Origin: Alphaproteobacteria bacterium
Lineage (GTDB): Bacteria > Pseudomonadota > Alphaproteobacteria > GCA-2731375
Assembly (NCBI GenBank): GCA_965232515.1
Contig: CBDDPY010000002.1
Location: forward strand, 5,920,001 to 5,984,000
DNA length: 64,000 nt
Reading direction: 5' to 3'
Shown here: one piece after another, positions 1-10,051 of the stretch
Position numbering within the stretch: the stretch's first letter is position 1
Layout of the letters: each line of letters starts with the position of its first letter
The notes under the pieces: model-generated
What the model saw: only the letters and a program-made list of their open reading frames with translations
Databases searched by the model: none
What the model was told of the DNA's origin: nothing
Made by a program: the position numbers and the translations under genes

Positions 1-344
1 AGCCTGGCAGGCCGGCTCGGCCGCGATGGCGTCGAGATGTCGCCGGCCGATCGGACCGGCGCCGACGACGGCCAGGCGGACCGGCATTCCATTCGACATG
101 CCCATCCTCCTTGATTCCTGTGCCCGGCTGCCTGCTTGAGCCGGTCTCTGAAGGACAGCATGGCAGGTCCCGTGCGTCCATAGCGGCGCCGATAGGGGTG
201 TTGCAGCCACTTGCGAATTGCGCCAAGTCTATAACGGAAAGTGCCATCGGACAGTTCGCGCCTCGACGACGTTGTTCGAGACCGCCGCCGGGGCGAATAT
301 CGGCAGGTCCGTTTGTTGGGTCGGCCGTTGCGCGAGAAGAGGCG

Positions 345-1343
345 ATGTTTCGGAAAGACAGATACCGCATCGCCAAATCCACGCAGCGGATTTGCGCGAT
401 CCTGAAAATAGCGCCGGCGCGCGTGTTGCGGCGCGCCGGCCTGCCGACGGACTATCTGGCGCACGAAGGTCGGGGCCTCGACGCCAAAGCGTGCTTCGAT
501 GTTTGGAACGCGGTCGTCGCCGAGGCCAAGCGTCCGGACTTGGCGCTGTTCCTGGGCAAAACGGCTGCGCACGGCCCGTTCAATTCCGCCGTTTTCGCGT
601 TTTCCTGCAGTCCGGATATCGAGACCGGGCTGACGCGTCTCGCCCTCTTCAAACCGTTGGCCGGCCCGATCGCCCTGGCCGTCGAACGGCGCGACGAGGC
701 CCTCGAAATGTCGCTGTCGTCGGTCGACGCGGATGCGCCGATGCCGCCGAGCCTGGCTGCGTTGGAGCTGGCGTTCTTTATCGAGCTGGCACGGACCTGC
801 ACGGCCGAGCATATCGTGCCGCTGGCCGTCGGCATGCCGGGCGATCCGGACGATCGGGCCGGTCTCGAGGCGCATTTCGGTGTCGCGGCCGCGACCGCCG
901 AACATGCGACGATCCGGCTGTCGATCGCGGACGCCGAACGCCCGCTGGTGTCCGAGAACGAGGCGTTGTGGCCCGGGATCGAACGAGACCTCCGCCGCCA
1001 GCTCCTGGACCGCGACCGGGACGCGCCGATCAGCGCGCGGGTCAAGAACGCGCTGCTGGACATGCTGCCGAGCGGCCAATCTTCCGCCGAGGCGGTCTGC
1101 GATCGCCTGCACATCAGCAAGCGCAGCCTGTACCGATACCTCAGGAATGAGGGGCATTCCTTCCAGGCGCTGTTGGACGACACGCGCACGGAGCTGTCGC
1201 TGCACTATTTGTCCAAGAAGGACATCAGCGTCGAGGAGATCTCGTATCTGCTCGCCTTCCGCGACCCGAACTCGTTCTATCGGGCCTTCCGCGGCTGGAC
1301 CGGCATGACGCCGGCGGAAGCGCGGACGCGGCAAGGCCGTTAG
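345..1343 (+). CDS. AraC-family transcriptional regulator (VirS/OruR type, Arabinose_bd_2 + HTH)
   Basis: C-terminal HTH ..LHISKRSLYRYL..ISYLLAFRDPNSFYRAFRGWTGMTP; start moved to ATG 345 after AGAGG. Confidence 0.92.
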   Translation: MFRKDRYRIAKSTQRICAILKIAPARVLRRAGLPTDYLAHEGRGLDAKACFDVWNAVVAEAKRPDLALFLGKTAAHGPFNSAVFAFSCSPDIETGLTRLALFKPLAGPIALAVERRDEALEMSLSSVDADAPMPPSLAALELAFFIELARTCTAEHIVPLAVGMPGDPDDRAGLEAHFGVAAATAEHATIRLSIADAERPLVSENEALWPGIERDLRRQLLDRDRDAPISARVKNALLDMLPSGQSSAEAVCDRLHISKRSLYRYLRNEGHSFQALLDDTRTELSLHYLSKKDISVEEISYLLAFRDPNSFYRAFRGWTGMTPAEARTRQGR

Positions 1344-1463
1344 CCTGCGGAAACCGCGTTCAAGGTTGGCAGTATTCGCGAGTGATTTGGCACGATCCGC
1401 TTTTGAGCCGATCGCGGCCTCTCCCCACCTAAAAGGCAATTGCCGACAATGGGGAGACCGAAC

Positions 1464-2444
1464 ATGACCACCGACCATCGGGACGAATTCGAGACGACGG
1501 CCGACCGCGAGCCGCGAGACCGGCAGCGACGGCAACTGCTGGCCGGCGCCGCCGGGTTGGGGCTTGCCGCAGGTCTGTCGACGGCGGCCCGCGCCGACTC
1601 GCACGAAGCGGCGTCAGGCGAATTCGCCGGCCGCACCGCCTTCATCACCGGCGGCGCACGCGGCATCGGTCTGAGCTGTGCCGAGGCGCTGGCCCAAGCC
1701 GGCGCCGATATCGTGCTCTATGACGTCGCCGGTCAGATCGAGCATGTGAAGTATCCGTTGGCCACGGCCGAGGACCTGGCGACCGCCAAGGCCAAGATCG
1801 AGGCCATGGGCGTGAAATGCATCGCCGTTCAGGGCGACGTGCGCGACGGCGCCAAACAAAAGGCGGCGATGCAGGAAGCGGTTGAAACCTTCGGCAGCGT
1901 GGATTTCGTCATCGCCAATGCCGGCATCACGCAAGTCGGTCCGCTGGACATCTTCAGCGACGCCGAGATCGACGTCGTCCTGGACGTAAACCTGGCTGGC
2001 GCGATGAAGACCCTGCAAGCCGCCATTCCGATCATGCGCGAACAGAATGCTGGCCGCATCGTCCTCATGTCCTCGATCACCGGCCGGCGCGGCAGCGAGT
2101 ATTTCCCGGTCTACGCGGCCTCGAAATGGGGCATGATCGGCCTCGCCAAGAGCACGGCGCGGCTGCTGGCGAAGTCGAACGTAACCTGCAACGCCGTGTG
2201 CCCGTCGCTGGTGCGGACCAAGCTTTTGGACAACGACTACATCCTGGGCGCGATGCTGCCGAACAACCCGACCATCGAGGCGGCCGACGCCGGCGCCAAA
2301 CAGATGCACCTGCTGCCGGTCGGCCTGTACGGGCCGGAGCATGTCGCGAATACGGTAAAGTTCATCTGCAGCGACGCGGCCGCCTATATCTCCGGCGACG
2401 TCTTCGATATCGCCGCGGGCAGCAACACGGAGTTCCCCGCCTAG
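1464..2444 (+). CDS. SDR oxidoreductase resembling the mycofactocin-coupled/carveol dehydrogenase subfamily, with a Tat-like signal
   Basis: TGGARGIG, ANAGI, YAASK; insertion DVAGQIEHVKYPLATAEDL; N-terminal QRRQLL-hydrophobic-ARA. Confidence 0.88.
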   Translation: MTTDHRDEFETTADREPRDRQRRQLLAGAAGLGLAAGLSTAARADSHEAASGEFAGRTAFITGGARGIGLSCAEALAQAGADIVLYDVAGQIEHVKYPLATAEDLATAKAKIEAMGVKCIAVQGDVRDGAKQKAAMQEAVETFGSVDFVIANAGITQVGPLDIFSDAEIDVVLDVNLAGAMKTLQAAIPIMREQNAGRIVLMSSITGRRGSEYFPVYAASKWGMIGLAKSTARLLAKSNVTCNAVCPSLVRTKLLDNDYILGAMLPNNPTIEAADAGAKQMHLLPVGLYGPEHVANTVKFICSDAAAYISGDVFDIAAGSNTEFPA

Positions 2445-2575
2445 GCAGCAACTCTCGCTCCCAACACGGTCTGTATCGCGCACGGGCGTCCGACCCGCCG
2501 GTGGCGGGCGGAAAGGCGTCGCTTGGACTAAAGTCGAGGTGCGTGACGCCGGACAGATCATGAGGGAGGTGAGAC

Positions 2576-3952
2576 ATGCCCGCTGAAGCCGTGGTCATGG
2601 CGGACGAGAGGAGCGGCGCGGACAAGGCCGAAAACCGGTTCGCCGAAGCCGCCCTCGAACGTCACAAACGAGAGGGGGTCGAGCTTGCCGTCCGCGCCCG
2701 CTGGATCGCCATGGCGGTCATCGCCGTCATGCTGCCGCTGATCGATCCCAGGCCCGAGGTCGTCTATTACGTCGCGCTGGTGCTGGCTCTGGCCCTGATC
2801 GGTTGGGCGCAATTGCGGGTCGCGCGCGTCGGCCGGTCGAGGGCCGAGCTCGCGCTCATGTTCTGCGACCTGGCGATCATGACGATCGCCATCGTTGTGC
2901 CGAATCCGCTCGGCGTCACCGACTGGCCGCTGGCCATGGAGTACCGTTCCGAGGCCTTCCGGTATTTCTATGTCCTGCTGGCGTTCGGCGTGCTCGCCTA
3001 TTCCTGGCGCACGGTGATGACGATGGGTGTCTGGACGACCGGTATCTGGCTCCTCGCCTTTGGCATCGTCTGGGCCATCTCGGTCGAGAACGAGGCGCTG
3101 ACCGCCGCCGCCGCCGCGGCATTCGGGGCCGACACGGAATTGGCGTCACTGATGAATCCCAACAACCTGCTGTTCTATATGCGGACGCAGGAGGTCGTCG
3201 TCTTTCTGATCGTGGCGGCGACGCTGGCCGTGTCCGTGCGCCGCTACAACCGGCTGCTGCTGGGTCACGCGGCGCTCGAGCGCGAGCGGGAGAACCTGGC
3301 GCGCTACTTCTCGCCGAACGTGGTCGACGAGCTCTCGCACAATGACGAGCCGCTGAAGCAGATCCGCACGCAGAATATCGCCGTGCTGTTCGTCGATATC
3401 GTCGGCTTCACCCGCTATGCCGCCGACCGGGCGCCGCAGGACGTCATCGCGACCCTGCGGCAGTTTCACCAGCGCATGGAGACCGAGGTCTTCCGGCACA
3501 ACGGCACGCTCGACAAATATCTGGGCGACGGATTGATGGCGACCTTCGGCACGCCGGTCGCCAGCGATGTCGACGCGCTGAACGCGCTGCGCTGCGCCCG
3601 GGCGATGATGCACGCGATGGCGGCCTGGAACGCCGAACGCGTTGAAGCGGGCGAACCTCCGATCCGGGCCAGCTTCGGCCTGCACTACGGCCCCGCGGTT
3701 CTGGGCGATATCGGCGCAAACCGGCTGGAGTTCGCGGTGATCGGCAACACGGTCAATGTGGCCAGCCGCGTCGAAGCCCTGACCCGGGGACTGTCCGTCG
3801 AGTTGGCGGCCACCGACGATCTGGTCGAACGCGTGCGACGCGAGGCCGGCGGCGACGATCGGGCAACGTCCGATCTCAGCCGATATGGCGAACTGGAGAT
3901 CCGCGGGCTCGATACGAAGATGACGCTCTGGACGCTGTCGTCGGCAGCCTAG
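2576..3952 (+). CDS. Membrane-bound class III adenylate/guanylate cyclase
   Basis: About 6 TM segments, then LFVDIVGFT, DKYLGDGLMATFG, IGNTVNVASRVE. Confidence 0.93.
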   Translation: MPAEAVVMADERSGADKAENRFAEAALERHKREGVELAVRARWIAMAVIAVMLPLIDPRPEVVYYVALVLALALIGWAQLRVARVGRSRAELALMFCDLAIMTIAIVVPNPLGVTDWPLAMEYRSEAFRYFYVLLAFGVLAYSWRTVMTMGVWTTGIWLLAFGIVWAISVENEALTAAAAAAFGADTELASLMNPNNLLFYMRTQEVVVFLIVAATLAVSVRRYNRLLLGHAALERERENLARYFSPNVVDELSHNDEPLKQIRTQNIAVLFVDIVGFTRYAADRAPQDVIATLRQFHQRMETEVFRHNGTLDKYLGDGLMATFGTPVASDVDALNALRCARAMMHAMAAWNAERVEAGEPPIRASFGLHYGPAVLGDIGANRLEFAVIGNTVNVASRVEALTRGLSVELAATDDLVERVRREAGGDDRATSDLSRYGELEIRGLDTKMTLWTLSSAA

Positions 3953-4080
3953 GACTCTGGCGCGCCTTTGTGAGCTCTTGAAGGACGTGAAGTGTATGAG
4001 AAACGCCGGCCGGGACTGCTATGATCGATCCGTTCGCCATTTCGAAGACACGCGACACAGATGAGGGAGTGGGTGGGTCC

Positions 4081-5091
4081 ATGAATGCGGCAACAGACGC
4101 AGGCGCAACGGCAGCGGCCGACGATACCCGGGTCGGCGCGTTCAGATACCTGAAACCATCGGTCGAGCACTCGCTCTATCGTAACGGCAAGGTCTATACG
4201 CGCCGCGACGTGGACGGCAGCGATGACGAATTCATCGGCGTCGACCTGGAGTCGCGGGACATGCCGGTCCATGACGCGCGGCGGCTGGAGGCGGGCGCCG
4301 GGCGGCGTACGCTGCGGGACAATGGGTTCGAGATGCTGCCCCGGCCGCTCGCCGATCCGGATCTCGATTTCTTCGATCATGAGCAGGTGGTGCGAGCCTA
4401 CTATCCGCAATGCGTCGAGATCGTGCGCGTGGCGAGCGGCGCCAGCATCGCCGCGGCGTTTGACCACAATGTCCGTTCGGCGTCCGGTAAGAAAACCAAG
4501 CGCCGCATCGAGGGCGGCCAGCAGGTGCAGGGGCCGGCGCACCTGGTGCACGGCGACTACACGCTGACGAGCGCGCCGCAGCGTTTGCGCGATCTGGCGA
4601 AGCCGCCGGCCGTCAACGACACCTACCGGACGGCGCTGGCCGCGGGTGAGACGCTGCTGGACGGTGATGCGGTCGAGCGCGCGATTGCCGAGGGCCGGTT
4701 CGCGATCATCAATGTCTGGCGCAATATCGTGGCCGAGCCGGTGGCGACGCATCCGCTGGCGTTGTGCGACGCGGCGAGCGTGCGGCCGCAGGATCTGGTC
4801 GTGTTCGAGATCCACTACAGCGACCGCATTGGCGAGAACTACTTCGCCAAGCATGCCGACGAGCACCAGTGGTACTTCTATCCCGAGCTGACCCGCGACG
4901 AGGCGCTGCTGATCAAGCAGTGGGATTCGGACGGGGAGCTGGCGCGCTCGAAGGGCGCGAACGCGGATGCGGTGAACGCGGACGCGCCCTGCACCTTCAG
5001 CTTCCACAGCGCCTTCGAGGACCCGACCACGCCGGAGGACGCGCCCGACCGCTGGAGCATCGAGGTGCGCTGCGTGGCGCTCTACGACTGA
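4081..5091 (+). CDS. CmcJ/NvfI/AsaB-like oxidoreductase
   Basis: FDHNVR, VHGDYT, FAIINVWR, PLALCDA, HSAF, SIEVRC motifs. Confidence 0.82.
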   Translation: MNAATDAGATAAADDTRVGAFRYLKPSVEHSLYRNGKVYTRRDVDGSDDEFIGVDLESRDMPVHDARRLEAGAGRRTLRDNGFEMLPRPLADPDLDFFDHEQVVRAYYPQCVEIVRVASGASIAAAFDHNVRSASGKKTKRRIEGGQQVQGPAHLVHGDYTLTSAPQRLRDLAKPPAVNDTYRTALAAGETLLDGDAVERAIAEGRFAIINVWRNIVAEPVATHPLALCDAASVRPQDLVVFEIHYSDRIGENYFAKHADEHQWYFYPELTRDEALLIKQWDSDGELARSKGANADAVNADAPCTFSFHSAFEDPTTPEDAPDRWSIEVRCVALYD

Positions 5092-5098
5092 CGCAGGT

Positions 5099-6622
5099 TC
5101 AAAGGCCGAACACGAGGGGCGCGAGGAGGTACATCGCGCCGAACGCCACGGCGATGGCGATAATGTTGAGCCAGAAGCCGGCCTTGACCATGTCGCCGAG
5201 CTGCATCCGGTCGTAAGCGAACACGATCGCGTTGGGTGGCGTCGCCACCGGCATCATGAAGGCCATGGAGGCGCCGAGCGCGACGGGAATCGCGAGCAGG
5301 CGCGGATCTATGGCGAGGCCGACCGCGACCGCGCCGAGGATCGGCAGGAAGGTCGCGGTCGAGGCCGTGTTGGAGGTGATCTCGGTCAGATAGACGATCG
5401 CCGCCGTGACGATGAAGACCAGCATCCAGGTGCCGACGTCGAACCCCGACACGCGCCCGCCGATCCATTCGGCGAGACCCGTCGCGCGGAATCCGGCAGC
5501 GAGCGCGAGGCCGCCGCCGAACAGCAGCAGCACGCCCCAGGGAATGGCGCGCGCCGCCTGCCAGTCGACGGCGAAGTGGCCCTGCTGGCGAGAGATCGGC
5601 CAGGCGAAAAGCGCGATCGCGGCGATGAGCGCGATCATGGTGTCGTTGATCGGCAGGCCGGTCGAGCCGGCGAGCTGCTTGCGCAGGATCCATCCCAGCG
5701 CCGCGCAGAGGAAGACGATCGCCACAGCCCGTTCGCCTTTCGACATCACGCCGAGTGCCGCCAGCTCGCGCTTGATGACGCCGCCGGCGTCGCCGATCGT
5801 CAGCGCGCGCGCCGGAAAAACCACCTTCGTCAGCAGCAGCCAGGCGATCGGCAGCATCACCAGCACGACGGGCACGCCGAACTGCATCCAGGTGAAGAAG
5901 TCGATCTGGATGCCGTAACTGCTTTGCAGGAAGCTCGCGAGCAGCGCGTTGGGCGGCGTGCCGATCAGCGTGCCGACGCCGCCGATCGAGGCCGCATAGG
6001 CGATGCCCAGCATCAGCGCGACGCCGAAGTTGCGGACCACCGCGCGATCGGGCGTCTTCAGGGCGACGAACTCGATCACCGACAGACCGACGGCGAACAT
6101 CATGATCGTCGTCGCCGTGTTGGAGATCCACATGGAGAGGAAGGCCGTCGCCGCCATGAAGCCGAGGATGATGCCGCCGGGGCTAGTGCCGATCATGCCG
6201 ACGATGGTCAGCGCGATGCGCCGGTGCAGCCCCCAGCGCTGCATCGCCGCGGCGAGCACGAAGCCGCCGAGAAACAGAAAGATCAGCGGGTGGGCGTAAT
6301 TCGCCGCGACCGGCGTCATGGTCTCGATCTCAAGCAGCGGCATCATGGGGATCGGCAGCAGCGCCGTGGCGGGGATCGGCACGGCCTCGCCGAGCCACCA
6401 CACGACCATCCAGACCGCCAGCGCCACCAGCCGCCACGCTTCTGATGTCATATCCGCCGGCGCCGGCAGCAACAGCAACACCAACGCCAGCGCGGGCCCG
6501 GCAATCAACGCGATCAGACGCCGGGGCGGCAGTTGGCGCGGCGGTTCAGGTTCTCCGCCGTCGCTCGCTACGGCGTCGTCTTCGCCCACCGCATCGTGAT
6601 GGTCGCGCTCACTCTGCGTCAT
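5099..6622 (-). CDS. SLC13/DASS sodium-coupled di/tricarboxylate or sulfate transporter
   Basis: SMWISNTAT, GTLIGTPPN, TSNTA, MPVATPPNAIV motifs. Confidence 0.93.
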   Translation of the reverse strand: MTQSERDHHDAVGEDDAVASDGGEPEPPRQLPPRRLIALIAGPALALVLLLLPAPADMTSEAWRLVALAVWMVVWWLGEAVPIPATALLPIPMMPLLEIETMTPVAANYAHPLIFLFLGGFVLAAAMQRWGLHRRIALTIVGMIGTSPGGIILGFMAATAFLSMWISNTATTIMMFAVGLSVIEFVALKTPDRAVVRNFGVALMLGIAYAASIGGVGTLIGTPPNALLASFLQSSYGIQIDFFTWMQFGVPVVLVMLPIAWLLLTKVVFPARALTIGDAGGVIKRELAALGVMSKGERAVAIVFLCAALGWILRKQLAGSTGLPINDTMIALIAAIALFAWPISRQQGHFAVDWQAARAIPWGVLLLFGGGLALAAGFRATGLAEWIGGRVSGFDVGTWMLVFIVTAAIVYLTEITSNTASTATFLPILGAVAVGLAIDPRLLAIPVALGASMAFMMPVATPPNAIVFAYDRMQLGDMVKAGFWLNIIAIAVAFGAMYLLAPLVFGL

Positions 6623-6845
6623 GACCGACGTTTCAGGTCCGTTCGATTTTCCGCGCTGTGGTGCACGCCGTGAGTTGACGGCGACGACTGCCGTTCAACG
6701 TTATTCGGGCTCGCCGATCCTCGCAATCGAACAACCATATGACGATCCGAAATGCTGACCAATGCGCCGTTTTCGTGTGGCGCCAGTTGAGCTGGAACGG
6801 ATAGTTCGGTCGCCAAAGGGCGATATCAGCATGATGCCGGCGAAG

Positions 6846-6916
6846 GTCCATTTTCTGCTCGATAGCGGTCGCACATAACGGCTTAGCAGCTTGTCCGAAT
6901 ATGACCCAGAGCGGCC
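6846..6916. repeat. Degenerate bipartite palindromic element (GTCCGC..AGCGGAC-like module, N22, ..TGACCCA..GCGG module), copy 1
   Basis: Modules 6846-6870 and 6893-6916; same layout and spacing as 13595-13665. Confidence 0.5.
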
Positions 6917-7005
6917 ATTCTACGGATAACTGCATGATCCGACTGAGCCGCCTTGGCAGCGTTTGGTTTGATCAGAAAAGTCAAGTGGATGTAGCCTGCC
7001 CCTGT

Positions 7006-7857
7006 TCAGTGGTCCAGTTGCTGTGAGAGAATCCGGACGGTTTCAGGGTATGGCGACTTGACCGTTGGCGCCAAGATCGCAGCTGGCGCTGGCGGTCTGT
7101 AACCGAGCGAACTGTGCGGCCTGATGGTGTTGTAGTGCTGGCGCCACCGTTCGATCAGCACCTTTGCCTCCTGCAGCGTGTAGAAGATCTCCCCATTGAG
7201 CAGCTCGTCGCGCAGCTTGCCGTTGAAGCTCTCGTTGTAGCCGTTCTCCCGGGGTGATCCGGGCGCGATGAATAACGTCTTCACACCGACCCGCGGCAGC
7301 CACTCGCGGACGGCGATGGCAGTGAACTCGCTGCCATTGTCGGACTGGATGTGATCCGGTGGTCTGTGCCGGGTGAACAGGTCGGCCAGCACATGCAGGA
7401 CATCGTCGTGCCGCAGGCTGCGGGCGACTTCGATTGCCAAGCACTCACGGGTGAACTCGTCAATCACCGTCAGCATCCGGATCGTTCGGCCGTCATACGT
7501 GCGATCCTGCACGAAGTCGTAGGCCCAGACATGGTGCGGCCAGTTCGGCCTGAGACGAATACACGATCCGTCGTTGAGCCACAGCCGACCCCGCTTCGGC
7601 TGTTTCGTCGGCACCTTCAGCCCCTCACACCGCCAGATCCGCCAGACCCGCTTGACGTTCACGTCCCAGCCCTGCGCGCGCAGCAGTGCCGTGATCCGTC
7701 GATAGCCATAGCGGCCATACTCGGATGCCAGCGCCACAATGGCAGACGTCAGGATCGCCTCGTCGTCACGCTCAACCGAACATCGGCGTTGCGTCGAGCG
7801 GTGCTGGCCAATCACTCGGCACGCCCGACGCTGCGACACGTCGAACCTGGTCTGCAC
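7006..7857 (-). CDS. IS3 transposase OrfB (DDE integrase core), normally fused to OrfA by -1 frameshift
   Basis: [37 protein letters not shown]; the usual SPWENG reads SPRENG. Confidence 0.92.
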   Translation of the reverse strand: MQTRFDVSQRRACRVIGQHRSTQRRCSVERDDEAILTSAIVALASEYGRYGYRRITALLRAQGWDVNVKRVWRIWRCEGLKVPTKQPKRGRLWLNDGSCIRLRPNWPHHVWAYDFVQDRTYDGRTIRMLTVIDEFTRECLAIEVARSLRHDDVLHVLADLFTRHRPPDHIQSDNGSEFTAIAVREWLPRVGVKTLFIAPGSPRENGYNESFNGKLRDELLNGEIFYTLQEAKVLIERWRQHYNTIRPHSSLGYRPPAPAAILAPTVKSPYPETVRILSQQLDH

Positions 7858-7889
7858 GTGATCGACCGCATCCCGGCGGCGCGCGGGGC

Positions 7890-8168
7890 TTAGAAGTTTC
7901 CCTCCGCGACTTCCTTAAGGATCAGCTTGTCGAGCGTCAGATCGGCCACGGCCCGCTTGAGCCGGGCATTCTCCTTCTCCAACTCCTTCAGGCGTTTCGC
8001 CTGGTCGACCTTCAGACCGCCATACTCCCGGCGCCAGCGATAGTAACTCTGCTCCGATATGCCCAACACACGGCAGATCGTGCCAATCTTCTCGCCCTGC
8101 GACAGGCGAACTTCGACTTCACGCAGCAGGCCAATAATCTTTTCGGGTGTGTAACGTTTCCGGCTCAT
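7890..8168 (-). CDS. IS3 transposase OrfA (HTH) ending at a GGGAAAC frameshift site
   Basis: [46 protein letters not shown]. Confidence 0.93.
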   Translation of the reverse strand: MSRKRYTPEKIIGLLREVEVRLSQGEKIGTICRVLGISEQSYYRWRREYGGLKVDQAKRLKELEKENARLKRAVADLTLDKLILKEVAEGNF

Positions 8169-8243
8169 CTCTTCCTCCTAATCAGAGTTCAGATTAGCCG
8201 GACTCTCTCTTTCAAACTGGACCAGGTTTCGGGGGGCAGATCA

Positions 8244-8347
8244 CTGCTGCTTCGCCTGGATCCAACTCACCAAGCAGCCGTGGAGGATCATGTCCATCGG
8301 ACTACGAGATTGGGCTCATCAATGATTCTTTTTGCAGCTTGGTGTTA
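8244..8347 (+). pseudogene. 3' end of an IS630-family element (last 26 transposase codons plus right IR)
   Basis: 8245-8325 translates CCFAWIQLTKQPWRIMSIGLRDWAHQ*, a typical alphaproteobacterial IS630 C-terminus; IR 8328-8347 matches 11921-11940 inverted at 17/20. Confidence 0.85.
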
Positions 8348-8413
8348 CAAGGTGTCCGAGCATTGGCCAGGCCGCGAGTTGGGATGTTAAGTGATATAGC
8401 ATAAATATCCGTC

Positions 8414-8443
8414 TTTACAACCGAAGAAGCTAGTTGATATGAT
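8414..8443 (+). promoter_or_regulatory. Putative sigma70 promoter of the low-GC operon
   Basis: TTTACA-18 bp-TATGAT with TGn extension, in AT-rich DNA 33 bp upstream of ATG 8477. Confidence 0.55.
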
Positions 8444-8476
8444 CGATACGACGTAAGATAGAAACGGGGAGATTCA

Positions 8477-8665
8477 ATGTTTAGATCAAACACACTCGAT
8501 GACCTGGTAGAGAGCTATAAAGCTGCAAGGAAGAGCGGCGATAGCAATACAATTTTGTCGGCGGAAGCTGCGATCAACAGTTTCGCGCAAGGCGAAGCTA
8601 TGATGATGACAATGAGGGTAAATGAAGCGGTTGCGGCCCGTATTTCGGGCTTTAATGCGGCGTAA
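8477..8665 (+). CDS. 62-aa hypothetical peptide, first gene of the low-GC operon
   Basis: GGGGAG RBS, downstream of the promoter, stops 12-21 bp before the next gene; no family recognised. Confidence 0.68.
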   Translation: MFRSNTLDDLVESYKAARKSGDSNTILSAEAAINSFAQGEAMMMTMRVNEAVAARISGFNAA

Positions 8666-8686
8666 CACACGCACACGTTGGCCCAC

Positions 8687-10051
8687 ATGGGTCCACACGA
8701 TTCCGCCGATCAATTTAGGGAGCGAGTGATCGAACTTACAGTTCGATCAGCTCGCCGAAGAAGCAGTTACTACCGCGACAAATGGGGCGGGGTGGCGATT
8801 GGCCGAGGCTTTTGCTTAGCTGATTTGGCAAGCTTGCCAATCACCACAAAGGCTGCAATCCAAGGCAACGAGGCCGAGTGGGCCTCAGCGCGTGACGTGA
8901 TCGCAATCCAGAATACGTCCGGCTCGACGGGTTTGCCACTATTCGTCTACCGAACAGAACGCGAATTCCGTTTCATTGAGCGCTTCTTTCCCGCCGTAGA
9001 AGGCGAGAATCGGGGGCGGTATCCGCTTAGCCTCCACTTATCCATTCCCCAGCACGGATGTCCCACGCCTATCCCAGGGCAAATGTTTACGCTCCAAGCT
9101 GCTGCATACAATGACAAACTGATTGAGTATTCGGTTTCTCTTCTGAAAAAAAGATTTTCCGTGCCGCATCTTCAAGAGCGCGTTTCTCTTATAGGCGGCG
9201 ATCACAATTCGATTCTTCTATTGACCCGTTTCCTCCAAGAGACCAAGGACCATGCGGCGTCAGAATCGATCCGGGCTCTGGGACTCACAGGACGATTGCT
9301 AACAGACCGCTGGCGCAAGGTCATAGAGAGAACCTGGTCTGCGAAAGTCTATGACAGGTATTCCCTGTCCGAGATCTTTGGCGGAGCAAGCCATTGCGGA
9401 GATTGTGGAGGTTACCATTTTGATCCACATGTAGTCGCAGAAATAGTTCCAAATTTGAACGAACCGGACCGTCCAGTTCATGAGGGCTCTGGGTCTCTCC
9501 TCCTGACGACACTTGCACCTTTTGTAACCAATCAACCCTTTATTCGTTACCTCACCGGTGATCTGTTTCGCGCGGTTAAAGGAGACTGTCGCGACCGGTC
9601 TTTTTTTTATCTTGGTCGTCGCTCTCACACGCTTTTCCGTGGCCAGATTACCGGCAAGACAGACGATGAGACCGTTTTAATTGAAGCGGAAAAGCTTATA
9701 AATGTCGTCGATAGCATCCCCGGCGTACGGCGACCAGGAGCCTTCCGGGATGTCACAAGGGTCGCGGATCGGTCTGATATCAATCTGCCGTTTCTTCGCG
9801 GCGGCGTTGAGCGACGCGCCTCTTCCACATGTATTGCTCTAGATCTTGCGATCGACGATTTAGCAACGGGGCCCTATAACGCGCCGCTGGCTGCGCAAAC
9901 TCCGAAGCTCCGACCGCTGGCGGAGTTCTTGGGACGATCAATTAAGCAGGGGGGAGTCTCCTGCGACTTCGTCATTCGCATTCGGCCGGAATCAGAATTT
10001 AAAAATCTAGAGAAGAAATCCGATCTTTGGATCGATTCTCCGCAAAAATAG
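8687..10051 (+). CDS. Phenylacetate-CoA ligase/CapK-like adenylate-forming enzyme (ANL superfamily)
   Basis: LPITTK, P-loop TSGSTGLP, DRYSLSE, PFIRYLTGD, YLGR. Confidence 0.82.
   Translation: MGPHDSADQFRERVIELTVRSARRRSSYYRDKWGGVAIGRGFCLADLASLPITTKAAIQGNEAEWASARDVIAIQNTSGSTGLPLFVYRTEREFRFIERFFPAVEGENRGRYPLSLHLSIPQHGCPTPIPGQMFTLQAAAYNDKLIEYSVSLLKKRFSVPHLQERVSLIGGDHNSILLLTRFLQETKDHAASESIRALGLTGRLLTDRWRKVIERTWSAKVYDRYSLSEIFGGASHCGDCGGYHFDPHVVAEIVPNLNEPDRPVHEGSGSLLLTTLAPFVTNQPFIRYLTGDLFRAVKGDCRDRSFFYLGRRSHTLFRGQITGKTDDETVLIEAEKLINVVDSIPGVRRPGAFRDVTRVADRSDINLPFLRGGVERRASSTCIALDLAIDDLATGPYNAPLAAQTPKLRPLAEFLGRSIKQGGVSCDFVIRIRPESEFKNLEKKSDLWIDSPQK

Larger units (their letters stand above)
6992..8243 (-). 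mobile_element. IS3-family insertion sequence (IS407-group-like), about 1.25 kb
   Basis: Imperfect terminal IRs TGATCTGCCCCCC..TGGTCCAGTT (8243 end) and TAGCCTGCCCC..TGGTCCAGTT (6992 end); orfA/orfB; no target duplication seen. Confidence 0.93.

Noticed and set aside
8477-8665. Acyl carrier protein call from the GDS motif
   Set aside because: Short, not acidic and lacking LGxDSL; kept only as an untested possibility
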